A DNA stretch of 61,669 nt, the filler included, from Chiloscyllium plagiosum (lineage: Eukaryota), in assembly GCF_004010195.1 (NCBI RefSeq). It is 3 parts of one record of this genome, joined end to end, with 100 filler letters (N's around TTAATTAATTAA, not from the genome) between each part and the next. Parts side by side here need not be neighbours in the genome. Positions count along the whole stretch, not along the records: positions 23,077 to 47,100 come from NC_057713.1; positions 47,201 to 61,669 come from NC_057713.1; 1 more part is not named here. One strand, 5' to 3'. The notes under the pieces were generated by a model. The model worked only from the letters and a program-made list of their open reading frames with translations, was not told where the DNA came from and did no database searches. This document shows, one piece after another, positions 40,837 through 52,342 of the stretch. A program made the position numbers and the translations under genes. Numbering within the stretch: position 1 is the stretch's first letter; the number at the start of each line of letters is the position of its first letter.

Positions 40837-42566
40837 CACCGGATTGACTACTGGTTGCTTCCTTCAGTACAACAGTGACCACATTTTGGAAGCAATTCAT
40901 TGGTTGTGAAGCACTCTGTAAGTAATGTCTTATCTGACCTCATACTCGAAGGAGCATCTATCCGTGTCAGTTTTGGTAGCAGTGACCATAGTCCTCATCA
41001 AAGGAAAATAAACAATTGCCTGTAATGACAGTAAAGCCTGTACTGGCCATAGGATAAAATTAGTTTCTGAGGGATTTTCCAATTCTTTCAAGGTCCTGTG
41101 AGTATGTTAGATTGATAATGATGAATTGACTATGGACAATGTTGCAGGCAGTTACTCACAATTTTATTCTTCAGTTCTTTGTTTTTAACTTCTCTCTCCT
41201 GCTCTGATAATTTATTCAATTACAGAACCACAGAAACCTACAGCATAGAAGGAAGCCATGAACCCTATTTAGTAATGTTTCTGTGACATTGCCTAGAACC
41301 AGCACCATTAATTTTAACAATATTGCCTGTCTCTTTGTTGGTGATGCTGGAAAGTTAAGCCCTTGCCTCTGACAGCACTGTGGTGAGAGTTACATTTGTT
41401 TTACTGCCAACGAGGCCATTAACAAACTCACTGGGGTTGCACATGTGGAAACTTAACAAGCCTCCAACTCATGGCCAGTCAGGAATATCCTGGTTTATTC
41501 CTTGCAATATTTCATATTTTATAAAAAGATTCAGAATTCATAAAGAAGTGCTGTTCCACTCTAGATTCTTTTCCTCTGATCTCTGTCGTCTTCTTCCAGC
41601 ATCTGAGCAAAAAGCTATATGTGAAAAGTATCGGAATGATTCTGTATTGGAACAATTTCTCTAATTACTGTAATTGATTTCTTTGTGACATTATATCATG
41701 GTACTGTTATTTCTTGATCAATAATTCAATAAGCTGAACATATTATTTGCAATCAGGACTAAAATGGCCAAAGAAATAACCAATATTATCCTTCTTCATT
41801 TTCATGCCTGGCATTTACAACTGTAGCTCCATCACCATTATCCAAGTAATGATTCAGTATTCAATATGCATGTTGTTTTAAAGCTCAGGCATGTTTTATT
41901 ATTCTGAATCAAATTATGGATTCAATAGAAATCCAAAGTGGACTGTTTTGAGTCTTTTGAAAAATAACTCATTTGAAAAATATTTTCATATCTTTTTGAT
42001 TCGTGATGTTATTTGCACAGCTGATTTTTTAAAAAAATGTCACTGTTCCAGCTTAATCAAGATTTTGGGTCAAAGAGAGAAGAGGGAGAGGGAAAGATAG
42101 ACTGCAGAGTGAGACTCTAGAGTTGGGTCAAACAATGCTGCCAAGCCACAACATCAGCCTTTTGTACTTTTGTTAAATATTTCTTTAAACTTTGTATGTT
42201 TATCTATTGTTAAAAAAAATGGTAAATGCAATCCTATCTACAAAGTTTTTTTATTAGCTCTTGCTGGATTCCAGAGAAAATTTCAAATAAAAAAACTCAG
42301 GGATTTCATGTCAGATTCTGTAACTGATAACCTACACAGAATAAATTTTTATTGCCTTGTCCTCTAGTATTGATCAAAATGACCTTATTTTATGTCCCTA
42401 TCTTATTTTCCAAATAAACTTCACTGCATTTGAAATATTTTTCACTTAACTGAAATAAGCATGGTAGTATGTCATGAAAGAATGTTTGAATTTTAATAGT
42501 AGGACTGCAAGTAGTTCTTGTGCCTTTTTAATCAGTATTATCACCAGGTGCTTTTCTTTCTTGAGA

Positions 42567-42588
42567 CAGAGAGAGAGAGAGAGAGAGA
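42567..42588 (+). repeat. (GA)n microsatellite
   Basis: About 10 GA units. Confidence 0.9.
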
Positions 42589-42857
42589 GTTCCTAGCAGG
42601 TATACAGTGCTACAGCCTTCATTTCAGTATCTCGCTGTCAACATCTTGTTGAGTATTCTGCCTGCAGGTGTTATGTTTATAGGCTTGTTAATTGAATAAA
42701 AGGTTCCACCTCCAACACATGAACATTCTCTTAAATGTGTAGATCAAAAAAGGAGATGGAGGCCTTTCTGCACTTTTTCAGGAAGCTTGAGGGCTGGGCT
42801 TTTCAGTAACATGTTAATTTCAGTCTGATTGTTGTCAAATTCACATTGAAATTTGGT

Positions 42858-42965
42858 CAAAAACAAAAACAGAAAGTGCTGGAGAAACACAGTATGTCTC
42901 GCAGCATGTATAGAGAGACAAAAACAGAATTAACGTTTTGAGTCCAGGATGATTCTACTTCAGAA
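42858..42965 (-). mobile_element. PLE-derived family C fragment
   Basis: Decayed hammerhead on the minus strand: ttctgaagta...ctcaaaacgttaat. Confidence 0.65.
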
Positions 42966-43746
42966 ATTTGGCTACTTGTGGTCAGGTGGTGCTTGCAGCC
43001 ACTTTAAGCATTTTTGGCTCAGTTTTTAAAACCATTTCAGTCCATGAAAGTCCCAGATATTAATTTGGGTATTTGGATGCAAAAATCAATAGTTCATATT
43101 TTGCATCATCATGTCAGGGTAGGTCATGAAATCTGTTTTCAGATAATTGAACCAACTGACAGAGTATTAGAATCCAAAACCACATGTTCCTAGTTGTATT
43201 AGAGCCAATTAAATAGTAGAAATGGATGTACTGCACTTATATAGCACCCTGAACAAAATAAACTGTCCCAAGTTGCTTCCTATGAGCAATTATCAAATAA
43301 AGAAAGAATGACACTGAGTTATGGAAGGAGATATTAGGACATTGATCGAAAGCTTGATTGAAAATCTATATTTGAAAGATTCTTTTCAAAGAGAAAGGTA
43401 GAGAGGTTAAGGGGGAGTTCCAATGGTGGAGAGAAGGAAATTGAAGATGTGCAAGAGGCAAGAATTGGAAAAGTGCAGAGATTTTGGAATGTTTATAGAG
43501 CTGGAGGAAATACAAGAGATAGGGAAAGGCCCAGGCTATTTTAGAATTTGAAAAGAAGAATGGGAAAATTCTCTTGCAAACATTCTCCCTGCAGAAAGGA
43601 AGACTTTGATTTATATAGCACCATTTTTTCCTCAGCGTTTGCCAAACCACTTCACAGCCAACAAAATACTTTTCTGGAAAGCAGTCACTGTTCTGATATG
43701 GAGATGAAGACAACAATTTCCGTATAGCAAGATTTCACAAATAAGA

Positions 43747-44043
43747 CACTGTGGTTAGCACTGCTACCTCACAGCGCCAGAGACCCGGGTTCAATTCCCG
43801 ACTCAGGCAACTGACTGTGTGGAGTTTGCACATTCTCCCCGTGTCTGCGTGGGTTTCCTCCGGGTGCTCCGGTTTCCTCCCACAGTCCAAAGATGTGCAG
43901 GTCAGGTGAATTGGCCATGCCAAATTGCCTGTAGTGTTAGGTAAGGGGTAAATGTAGGGGTATGGGTGGGTTGCACTTCGGCGGGTCAGTGTGGACTTGT
44001 TGGGCTGAAGGGCCTGTTTCCACACTGTAAGTAATCTAATCTA
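43747..44043 (+). mobile_element. HE1-type V-SINE, young copy
   Basis: gtggttagcactgc...gggttcaattccc (A/B boxes), V-domain, (atcta)n tail, TSD taagac. Confidence 0.93.
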
Positions 44044-44440
44044 AGACGATAACAGACCTAATAATCTGTTTCCTTGGTGATGTTGTTCGAGGGTAAATTT
44101 TTGGGTACACTCTACTTTTCCTCCAGTAGTGCTAAAAGATTTTTTTAAAAACACATATGGGCAGAACCTAAATTTAAGACAGCAGTATTCTCAGGGTGAT
44201 AATGCGCTCAAATCCTTGACTGAGGCTAAATTCATCTTCCATACCCACTTCAACTGAAGTGAAATAGGCACGAAGAGTATCCATACAAATGGATTCAAAA
44301 TAAAGAATATAAATGCAATTAGAGAGCTGTCAATGTGAAGGAACACGTTCTGCCCCAATCCCAAATGAGCAGTTGTTCCTCAGCCTGAGGAATGGTATGT
44401 AAACTGAAACCTTAAGTGGTTAAAGACCTGTCTCAGGCAG

Positions 44441-44673
44441 TCATGATTTGGAGATGCTGGTGTAGGACTGGGGTGTACAAAGTTAAAAATCACACAACAC
44501 CAGATTATAGTCCAACAGGTTTAATTGGAAGCACTAGCTTTCTGAGCGCTGCTCCTTCATCAGGTGGTTCATCAACCTTCATCAACCACCCGATGAAGGA
44601 GCAGCGCTCAGAAAGCTAGTGCTTCCAATTAAACCTGTTGGACTATAACCTGGTGTTGTGTGATTTTTAACTT
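44441..44673. mobile_element. Palindromic PLE-derived insertion (family B) with two opposite hammerhead motifs
   Basis: ~95-bp near-perfect inverted arms; 12-bp TSD tgtctcaggcag at 44429-44440 and 44674-44685. Confidence 0.88.
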
Positions 44674-44819
44674 TGTCTCAGGCAGCCCTGTACAGAGGGC
44701 TCTTGTGGCACAGTGGGAATGAACCTGGTCCGGGTTCAAGCCCTGCCTGCTCTGGCGAGAACGGGACTTGCGAAACAAAAAATAGAAAATGCTGGAAAAA
44801 CTCAGCTGCTCTGGCAAGA

Positions 44820-44856
44820 GTTAACGTTTCGAATTTAGCGCCCCCTTCTTCAGAAC
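44820..44856 (-). ncRNA. Hammerhead motif in a PLE family C fragment (44772-44860)
   Basis: Minus strand: gtt-CTGAAGA-A-GGG..TTC-GAAAC-GTT-aac. Core intact, helix II weak (G-U pairs). Confidence 0.55.
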
Positions 44857-45049
44857 ACATTCCTGAGTGAAGATGAAGAAGTGAGAAGTCGACAAGGGGA
44901 AACGGGGTGGGAGACTGCACCAGCTCAGCCCGCCTGCTGTAAGGCAAAATCACAGGGAAAAGCAAAGCGGAGAGTGGAACAATAAGGTTAAGAGGAAGGC
45001 TGATTGCAGTTATGTGACTGTGTGGACTAATTTGTGGAGCAGGAGGTGC

Positions 45050-45416
45050 TGGAGTGTGGCCAGGTCAGTGGATTCGTAACTGAGGGGGAGTTGGAGAGAG
45101 CGAGACAGATCGAATGAAATCATTCCCAGTTCGGAAAACTGGGGCAGTGCAGACTTTTAATGAGCTATCTGCAGCCGGTGCTGGGAAAGGGTGTTTATCT
45201 ATCGTTCTGAATTCCAGACGTGGTTGCAACTTTCCAAGCACGGTTTCGGTTCAGTTCGGGGTGACATTTTTCAACTAAATCTGCATGGTGTACGTGCAGG
45301 GAAATGTTAACAGCAGTTTGTCAGTTCTGGAGCCTACCCTCGGTATTTCTTCTGAAGAGTCAGTCTGTGTAGAACCGAGCCCATTCAGGAGGTCCTAGGA
45401 GGGCTTAATCTTAACT
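45050..45416 (+). other. Candidate non-coding first exon / promoter-proximal region of the TRH receptor
   Basis: Unique sequence, relatively CpG-retaining; donor ACT|GTGAGT at 45417; acceptor ttcactccacttcag| at 45757, 79 nt before the ATG. Mammalian TRHR also has a 5'-UTR intron. Start coordinate is a guess. Confidence 0.4.
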
Positions 45417-45836
45417 GTGAGTATCCTGGTCTGGTTAAGACTTACTGTCTTATCACCCTCCTGTTTAAAACGATTACTCTGTCACTCATCTTTCAACTTT
45501 GGGTATAAATGTGAAAATGGATGGCTGTATAATTTAATTCAATTATACATCCAGTCAGGTATCATTGGATTGAGACACAGTACCGTGCATCTAACTAATT
45601 ACCAAAGGGTTTTTTTTTTAAATAAAAGTAAATACTTTACGCTTTCTGTAGAAATGTTTTTGGAAGTCAGTGAGGAGAATGATACAGCCACATGCCATCC
45701 TTACTGAATCTTCTTTTCATTGGAGACTGATTCATCCTTATGTTCACTCCACTTCAGGCCAGAGGTGGACAGTTGCTGATTCTGCTCAACAGCAGCACCA
45801 TCCCAGGGACGCAGAGAGACGCAGCTTTAACTGGCC

Positions 45837-46619
45837 ATGGAGAACCTGAGTTCCCACTATGAGGAGCAGCTAAACGAGAGCTTTGGCAACGGGACAGAGC
45901 AGAGTCGCGAGTACCAAGTGGCGAGCGTGGCTCTCATCCTGCTGGTGTGTGGAGTTGGGATTGTGGGAAATGTACTGGTGGTCTTTGTGGTCCTCAGCAC
46001 AAAGCACATGAGAACCCCAACGAACTGTTACCTGGTGAGCCTGGCGGTAGCTGACCTGGTGGTACTGATAGCTGCTGGTCTCCCCAACATCACCAACACC
46101 ATCTACGGATCATGGGTCTACGGTTACACCGGCTGCCTGACAATCACGTACATGCAATATCTGGGCGTTAATGTGTCTTCCTGCTCAATAACTGCATTCA
46201 CTATCGAGAGGTACATCGCTATCTGCCACCCTATGAAAGCCCAGTTTATCTGCACTACATCCAGAGCTAAAAAGATTATCCTGTTAGTGTGGACTTTCAC
46301 TTCCCTCTATTGCATGATGTGGCTTTTCCTGTTAGATATTAAACACACCAGCTACAAGGGTATGACAGTGGTGGTTTGTGACTATAAAGTCTCCCGAAAA
46401 TTTTACCTGCCCATTTATTTTCTTGATTTCTTTCTGTTCTACATTGCTCCCCTGGTCCTGGCCACTGTCCTATACTGGATGATCAGCAGGATTTTGTTTC
46501 TGAATCCCATCCACACTGATCCAACAGAAAGCAACAAACACCAGAGGGGCGGATCCATTGGCCACCAACAAACAAGTGACACCTTTACGCCCAACAGCAC
46601 AGCCACTTCCAGGAAACAG
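45837..46619 (+). CDS. TRHR: Thyrotropin-releasing hormone receptor (class A GPCR), first coding exon: N-terminus, TM1-TM5, ICL3; 261 codons
   Basis: [76 protein letters not shown], ..SRKQ; strong Kozak gccATGG; N-glycosylation sequons NLS/NES/NGT. The exon ends at RKQ|, the conserved TRHR intron position. Paralog identity uncertain. Confidence 0.96.
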
Positions 46620-46625
46620 GCAAGT
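46620..46625 (+). promoter_or_regulatory. Non-canonical GC 5' splice site (CAG|GCAAGT)
   Basis: Phase-0 position after SRKQ; all other positions match the U1 consensus, as is typical of GC-AG introns. Confidence 0.8.
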
Positions 46626-46779
46626 ACAAACAGCTATCACCTGTCATTTCATTGGGATCCCCCCTGGGTCCAGCTTAGACTAGCCTCACTCTTGTCATGA
46701 GCTGGAGGATTCCCACAAGAACATTTACTGCTTCCTTCTTTCAACCACCTTCCACAGTAGTTGGCTTCAATAAGAATAA

Positions 46780-47100
46780 CTAGGTAAAAACAATGACTGC
46801 AAATGTTGGAAACCAGATTCTAGATTAGAGTGGTGCTGGAAAAACACAGCAGTTCAGGCAGCATCCGAGGAGCAGGAAAATCGATGTTTTGGGCAAAAGC
46901 CCTTCATCAGGAATACAGGCAGAGTGCCTGGAGGGTGGAGAGATAAATGAGAGGAGGGTGGGGGTGGGGAGAAAGTAGCATAGAGAACAGTAGGTGAGTG
47001 GGGGTGGGAATGAAGGTGATAGGTCAGGGAGGAGGGTGGGGGAAGGTAGCAAAGAGTACAAAGGGTGAATGGGGGTGGGATGAAGGTGATAGGTCAGAGA
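46780..47100 (-). mobile_element. Penelope-like element family A 3' region
   Basis: Minus strand attcctgatgaagggcttttgcccaaaacatcga (hammerhead with GAAA->AAAA); purine-rich body shared with 59853-60405 and 61404-61669. Confidence 0.85.
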
Positions 47101-47200
47101 NNNNNNNNNNNNNNNNNNNNNNNNNNNNNNNNNNNNNNNNNNNNTTAATTAATTAANNNNNNNNNNNNNNNNNNNNNNNNNNNNNNNNNNNNNNNNNNNN
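47101..47200. other. Assembly gap with artificial linker N44-TTAATTAATTAA-N44
   Basis: Same structure as 22977-23076. Confidence 0.95.
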
Positions 47201-47712
47201 GCCCCATTACAGGAAGGATGTGGAAGCATTGGAAAAGGTGCAGAGGAGATTTACCAGGATGTTGCCTGGTCTGGAGGGAAGGTCTTATGAGGAAAGGCTG
47301 AGAGACTTGGGTCTGTTCTCATTGGAAAGAAGGAGGCTAAGGGGGGATTTGATAGAGACATACAAGATGATCAGAGGATTAGATAGGGTAGACAGTTGAA
47401 GACTTTTTCCTAGGATAATGATGTCAGCTTGTACGAGGGGGCATAACTACAAATTGAGGGGTAATAGATTTAAGACAGATGTCAGAAGCAGATTCTGTAC
47501 GCAGAGAGGGGTAAGGGCGTGGAATGCCCTACCTGCCAAGGTAGTCAACTCAGCCACAACAGGGAGATTTAAACAATCCTTAGATAAGCACATGGATGAT
47601 TTTGGGATAGTGTAGGGGGACGAGCTGAGAATAGTTCACAGGTTGGCACAACATAGAGGGCCAAAGGGCCTGTTCTGCGCTGTATTGTTCTATGTTCTAT
47701 GTTCTACGTTCA
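47201..47712 (+). mobile_element. CR1 LINE 3' end (different subfamily)
   Basis: LEKVQRRFTRMLPGL..LSYEERL..LGLFSLERRRLRGDLIE-like translation; (gttctat)n tail. Confidence 0.9.
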
Positions 47713-48254
47713 ATGATGATCCCTCCCCTTCGGTGGCTATTGAGTCTTTTCCTTATAATATTTAACAGAACCTGAGACATGACAGTGCCAAAACCCACCC
47801 ACGTGGTGCAGTGAAGTGAGTGACACTCAGCATCTTCGTGATCCAACTGATGGATTGCTCCAAGCTCACAAGACTCCCTTATTGGCCATCTTCGGTTACC
47901 AAATTGTTGTTTGGGATTTTCAGAAGGGCATGGAGAAATTCCACCAATCTTTCAAAATTACCCACAACTTCAAAGAGAGTTATTCTCTAGGTTCTTACCC
48001 TTGAAGATTTATTCAGATGGAAACTCAGCAAACTAATTTGGAAGACATTCTGAACAGCATCATGAAACTAATCCCAGCCAGTACAGCCATTATCATCTTG
48101 ATCTAGCCAGCTGCCAAATCACAGGATAGTTCTTCTGCAGCGTGTAATCATTTATTTGTTTATCCTCATACAACAGTTTCCCCAACCTTCACTGGATATA
48201 ATACTGTTGATTTTACCAAACTGGAATCAGCAGTGAAAAATATAATATGTCAGC

Positions 48255-48424
48255 TCATTAATGTATCCAGAAGAATTAACAATCCAATGTTAGCACTGGG
48301 CAGCAATCCAAGGAAGTAGTTCTAGATATCGCCATTAAAACAAATTAAATTTTTTTAAAAAATCATGTCATAATTTCACTTTAAAGCGAATATTCGCGTA
48401 AGCGATTGACCCATCCTCTGTTAT
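48255..48424 (+). repeat. Source copy of a ~170-bp local dispersed duplication (second copy 49565-49736)
   Basis: tcattaatgtatccagaag...gacccatcctctgttat occurs twice, 1310 bp apart, with few differences. Confidence 0.95.
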
Positions 48425-48537
48425 CTGGAGAAATTATGGGGAGCCTTTCCTTAAACAAGTGAAGTATGTTACCTTGATCACCAAACCAGAGCTTAAATGT
48501 AACATATTGATCAAAAATGAACACAATGTTATATAGA

Positions 48538-49105
48538 CACATAGGAACACGAGTAAGCCAGTCAACCCCTCAAGCCTGTTCCGCCACTCAATGAGAGCAT
48601 GGCTGATCTGTGGTCTAACTCCATATACCTGTCTTGGTCCATATCCCTTAATACCTTTGCCTAACAAAAATTTATATATCTCAGATTTAAAATTAACAAT
48701 TGGTCCTGAATCCATAGCTGTTTGTCAGAAGTCACACAACACACAAGCTTTTGGAGCTTGTATTCCAAATAAACCTGTTGGACCATAAGCTGGTGTCGTA
48801 TAACTTCCATCTTTGTCCACCCCAGTCCAACACCAGCTGCTTATACAATAGAGTTCCCTTTGTGTTTTAGAAGTGCTTCCCAACATCTCTCCTGAATGGT
48901 CTGGCCATTATTTTTTGACTATGCCCTCGGTTCTAGAATCTCTCAGCATTGGAAAAAGTTTATCTTTATTTACCCTGTTTTTTAAATCATATCACCCGTA
49001 AACCTTCAACATTCCAGAGTAAACAAATATGATTTGTATAATCTCTTCTCATAGTTTAATCCCTGAAGTGCAGGTATCATTCTTGTAAATGTATATTGTA
49101 CTCCC
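48538..49105 (-). mobile_element. Old CR1 3' fragment with nested PLE family B remnant (~48725-48840)
   Basis: CR1 3' UTR-like start; the nested piece has aataaacctgttggac...tgtccaccccagtccaacacc. Confidence 0.7.
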
Positions 49106-49429
49106 TGATCTATCATTTTATCAGGCCAAAATGGAAAACTGCACACTTACTTATATGGCTTATGATTATGTTCAATAGGGATTCTTTTAACAATTTAGTT
49201 TCCAAAATAAACTCTTCTGAATTCACAGACAGACTAATAAGGCTTTGGTCTCAATATAGTTAAATTTGGCCAATAACTATAAGTTATGATCTTTCAGGCC
49301 CTAGATTATTACTAACTTCTAGTCCATGTAGCAATCCATGTAGATAATAGTATGTTAATGTCTTCCGAATTTTAACGCATTTCCTTATTACTTAAATGCA
49401 GAGGAGAGACTGTTCAACAATTATCATAC

Positions 49430-49850
49430 CATAAGACTGTAAGATATAAGAGCAGAATTAGGTCACTCAGCCTATCAGGTCTGTTCCACCATTTGATCAT
49501 GGTCAATGTGTTTTTCAACTGCATTCTCTTGCCTTATCCCCATAACCTTTGATCCCCTTCCCAATCATTAATGTATCCAGAAGAATTAACAATCCAATGT
49601 TAGCACTGGGCAGCAATCCAAGGAAGTAGTTCTAGATATCGCCATTAAAACAAATTACATTTTTTAAAACAATCATCTGTCATAATTTCACTTTAAAGCG
49701 AATATTCGCGTAAGCACTTGACCCATCCTCTGTTATAAATACACTTAATGACTTGGCTTCCACGGCCCTCTGTGGTAATGTATACATCAGATTCACCACC
49801 CTCTGGCTGAGCAAATTTCTCATCTCAGTTCTAAAAGGTCATCCTTTCAC
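49430..49850 (-). mobile_element. CR1 3' fragment interrupted by the 170-bp templated copy
   Basis: ccataagac...tgatccccttcccaatca | insert | taaatacacttaatgacttggc. Confidence 0.75.
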
Positions 49851-51097
49851 TATTTCAATGGCTAAATTGTAATCTGAAAAGATTTATTGTAAATTAATTT
49901 TACCTCTAGAGGGCAGGATTAGCTGAGTGTTTCCAACTGTAAGAAGTGGACACTTGCACTGCAAGTTTAAGTGATAATGTTTAGCAGATTTGATTTATCA
50001 GCAGTGCAGTTCTCATTGCCCCCAGATGGTTATTGAATCCTAAAAATATTCTGTATATCAATAATTATACGTATTGATAATTCTGCATATCAATAATTAA
50101 GTTCAGGAAATAGAAAATAAAACCTTGGATCAAAATTTGATGATAAAATATTACTGAAGCTGTAGAACAAGAGAATTTGTATCGTCAAAGTACCTGCAGT
50201 TAAGGGACAATGTTTGAAGTGCAGTCATTATTTAGTGAACCCAGTGGTCAGTTTACGCACAGTAAGATCCCAACCAAAGCAAATTACTTTTTTTTAATAT
50301 TGGAGTTGAGAGTATAAATAGAAATGTATAGTGAAAGAGTTATCCTGTTTTTCTTCAATTATTATCATGGGATGTTTTACACGTACTTGAACAAACAGAT
50401 GGAGCCTCAGTTTAATGTCTCTTCTACAAAATGACACCTCTGACTGTGCAATGCTCCCTGAAGTGTCAGCCTAAATTATGTATTCAAGTTTCTGGAGTGG
50501 AGCTTGAAGGGCAATATTGTGTGTGCTTACATTAAAATGCTGCATGATTTGAAAATTTGTCTAAAAGCTATTGGTGTTGATAAGGTTGCCAACCATTGAG
50601 ACTTAATGCTGGGCATGAGAGTCAGAATAGCTGTATTAATAAGCAGCTGTTATGAACATCAATGGGGAAAAATTCCTACCTGCGCAATTAGCTCTGCACT
50701 ATCTTCATATATTTATGAAGGTGAGAATTGGACAGGAAATTCTTTTGCCTGGATCCCATTGGATTAACAGAGTATTCAATCTTCCACCAGCCTTTCAAGA
50801 TACGCAATGGTTTTGAGACATAAAAATGCAATTTAATGCAGAGATGTGAGGAGTGATACATTTTGCCCGAAGAGCAAGAAGAGGCAATACTAATAAAAGA
50901 ATAACATTTTAAAAGGAATTGGCAGGGACAGAATAACCCAGGTAGCACATCCTCAAATTATTGCAGGTTGCAGGACAAGTTGACAAGATATACAACCATA
51001 CAACAGCTTTGACTTATACTCAAAGTTTTATCACACAAAATCCAGGAAGTTATATAAGAGCTTTATAAATCACTGCTTTAGTTTCAGCTGGAGTACA

Positions 51098-52041
51098 TGA
51101 TGTGGACTTGCCAGTGTTGGACTGGGATGGACAAAGTTAAAAATCACATAACACCAGGTTATAATCCAAACAGTTTATTTGGAAATACCAGCTTTCAGAG
51201 CGCTGTTCCTTCATCAGGTAGCTGTGAAGCAGGATCATAAGACACAGAATTTGTAGCAAAAGATCTCAGTGTCATGCAACTGAAACAACGTATTGAACAA
51301 ACTTAGATTGCTATGAAGTCTTTCATCTTTTAAAATGGGTTGCAGGTTTCAGTTCATTAATATGTAAATCCCAGAGCTTCTTTCCAGTCACATTTTCGAG
51401 ATAACTTAAGGTTTTGTTAAAAAAAATCTCAGCTCAGACAATGCATTAAAGGTGTGAGGTTAATGTCTGTCTGTATCCCAACCTTGAGCCAAACTGGTTC
51501 TATTTCTAAAGTCAGAATTTCTAAAATGTTACATGGATTGACTGCTTGCATTGACTGCCTGCAGATTATGTGTTTTTAAAACAAAATAGAATGTATCTGC
51601 AATTACAATTCTGCAAATGCAAATTCATACCATACATTTATATGTATGTGTATGCATGCATGTGGGGGCAAGAGTGTGTGTGTATTTGTATGCGTGTATA
51701 TGAGAGCGAGAGAGTGTGAGTGTGTGTAATAGCATATGTTTGTGTGTGTGCATACTTGGTAGAGTGTGTGCGTGAGTGTGACGGAGTATAAGCCTGTGAG
51801 AGGGTGTGTGTTTGGGTGTGAGTGTGAGGGGAATATGTGTGTGCATGAGAAAGGGTCTGTGTGAGTATGTGAGTATATAGCAGTGTGTATGTGAGAGACT
51901 GTATAGTGTAGCGGGGTCACTTGCAGTGTGACATGAATCCAAGGTCCTGGTTCAGGCCATCCTCATGTGTACCAAACTTGGCTATCAGCCTCTGCTCAGC
52001 CACTCTGCATTGTTGTATATCTTGAAGTCTGCCTTGGAGGA
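51098..52041 (-). mobile_element. Penelope-like element family B: GIY-YIG C-terminus, (CA)-rich 3' UTR, decayed hammerhead
   Basis: Minus strand ~52040-51918 LQGRLQDIQQCRVAEQRLIAKFGTHEDGLNQDLGFMSHCK*; hammerhead remnant at ~51187-51220; TSD tggagta; sits inside an older CR1. Confidence 0.85.
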
Positions 52042-52342
52042 CTTGGAGTAGCATGTCCAGTTCTAGGCATAGGAAGACTGTCAAGGCTCCAGGAAAGTTG
52101 CATATGAGATTTACTCATATTTAAGACGTCAGTTACATGGAGAGAAGACAGAAACTGGCAGGTTTGCAATCAGACAGAGAAGGTTAAGGAAAGATCTAAC
52201 TGAGATGTTCAAAACTTCAGAGGATTTTGACAGGGAAATTAGGGATAAACTGATTCCAGTAGCAGAAGGGTCAATAACTGATAGATGTAGGTTTAAGTAA
52301 CCTCAATTCTACTTTTTAGTAATATAAGAAACATTGTACCTA

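Noticed and set aside
43747..43810. tRNA gene (also at 54009 and other HE1 heads)
   Set aside because: A/B boxes belong to tRNA-derived SINE heads followed by a V-domain and LINE tail; no complete cloverleaf.
45785..45820. RE1/NRSE silencer-like motif in the TRHR 5' UTR (cagcacc...ggac)
   Set aside because: Half-site spacing and the right half do not fit the consensus.
46620..46700. Last 26 codons of the 287-aa TRHR ORF as the true C-terminus
   Set aside because: No TRHR similarity after RKQ; this is read-through into the intron past a GC donor.
51603..51942. His/Thr-rich ORFs
   Set aside because: Translation of degenerate (CA)n sequence in a PLE 3' UTR.
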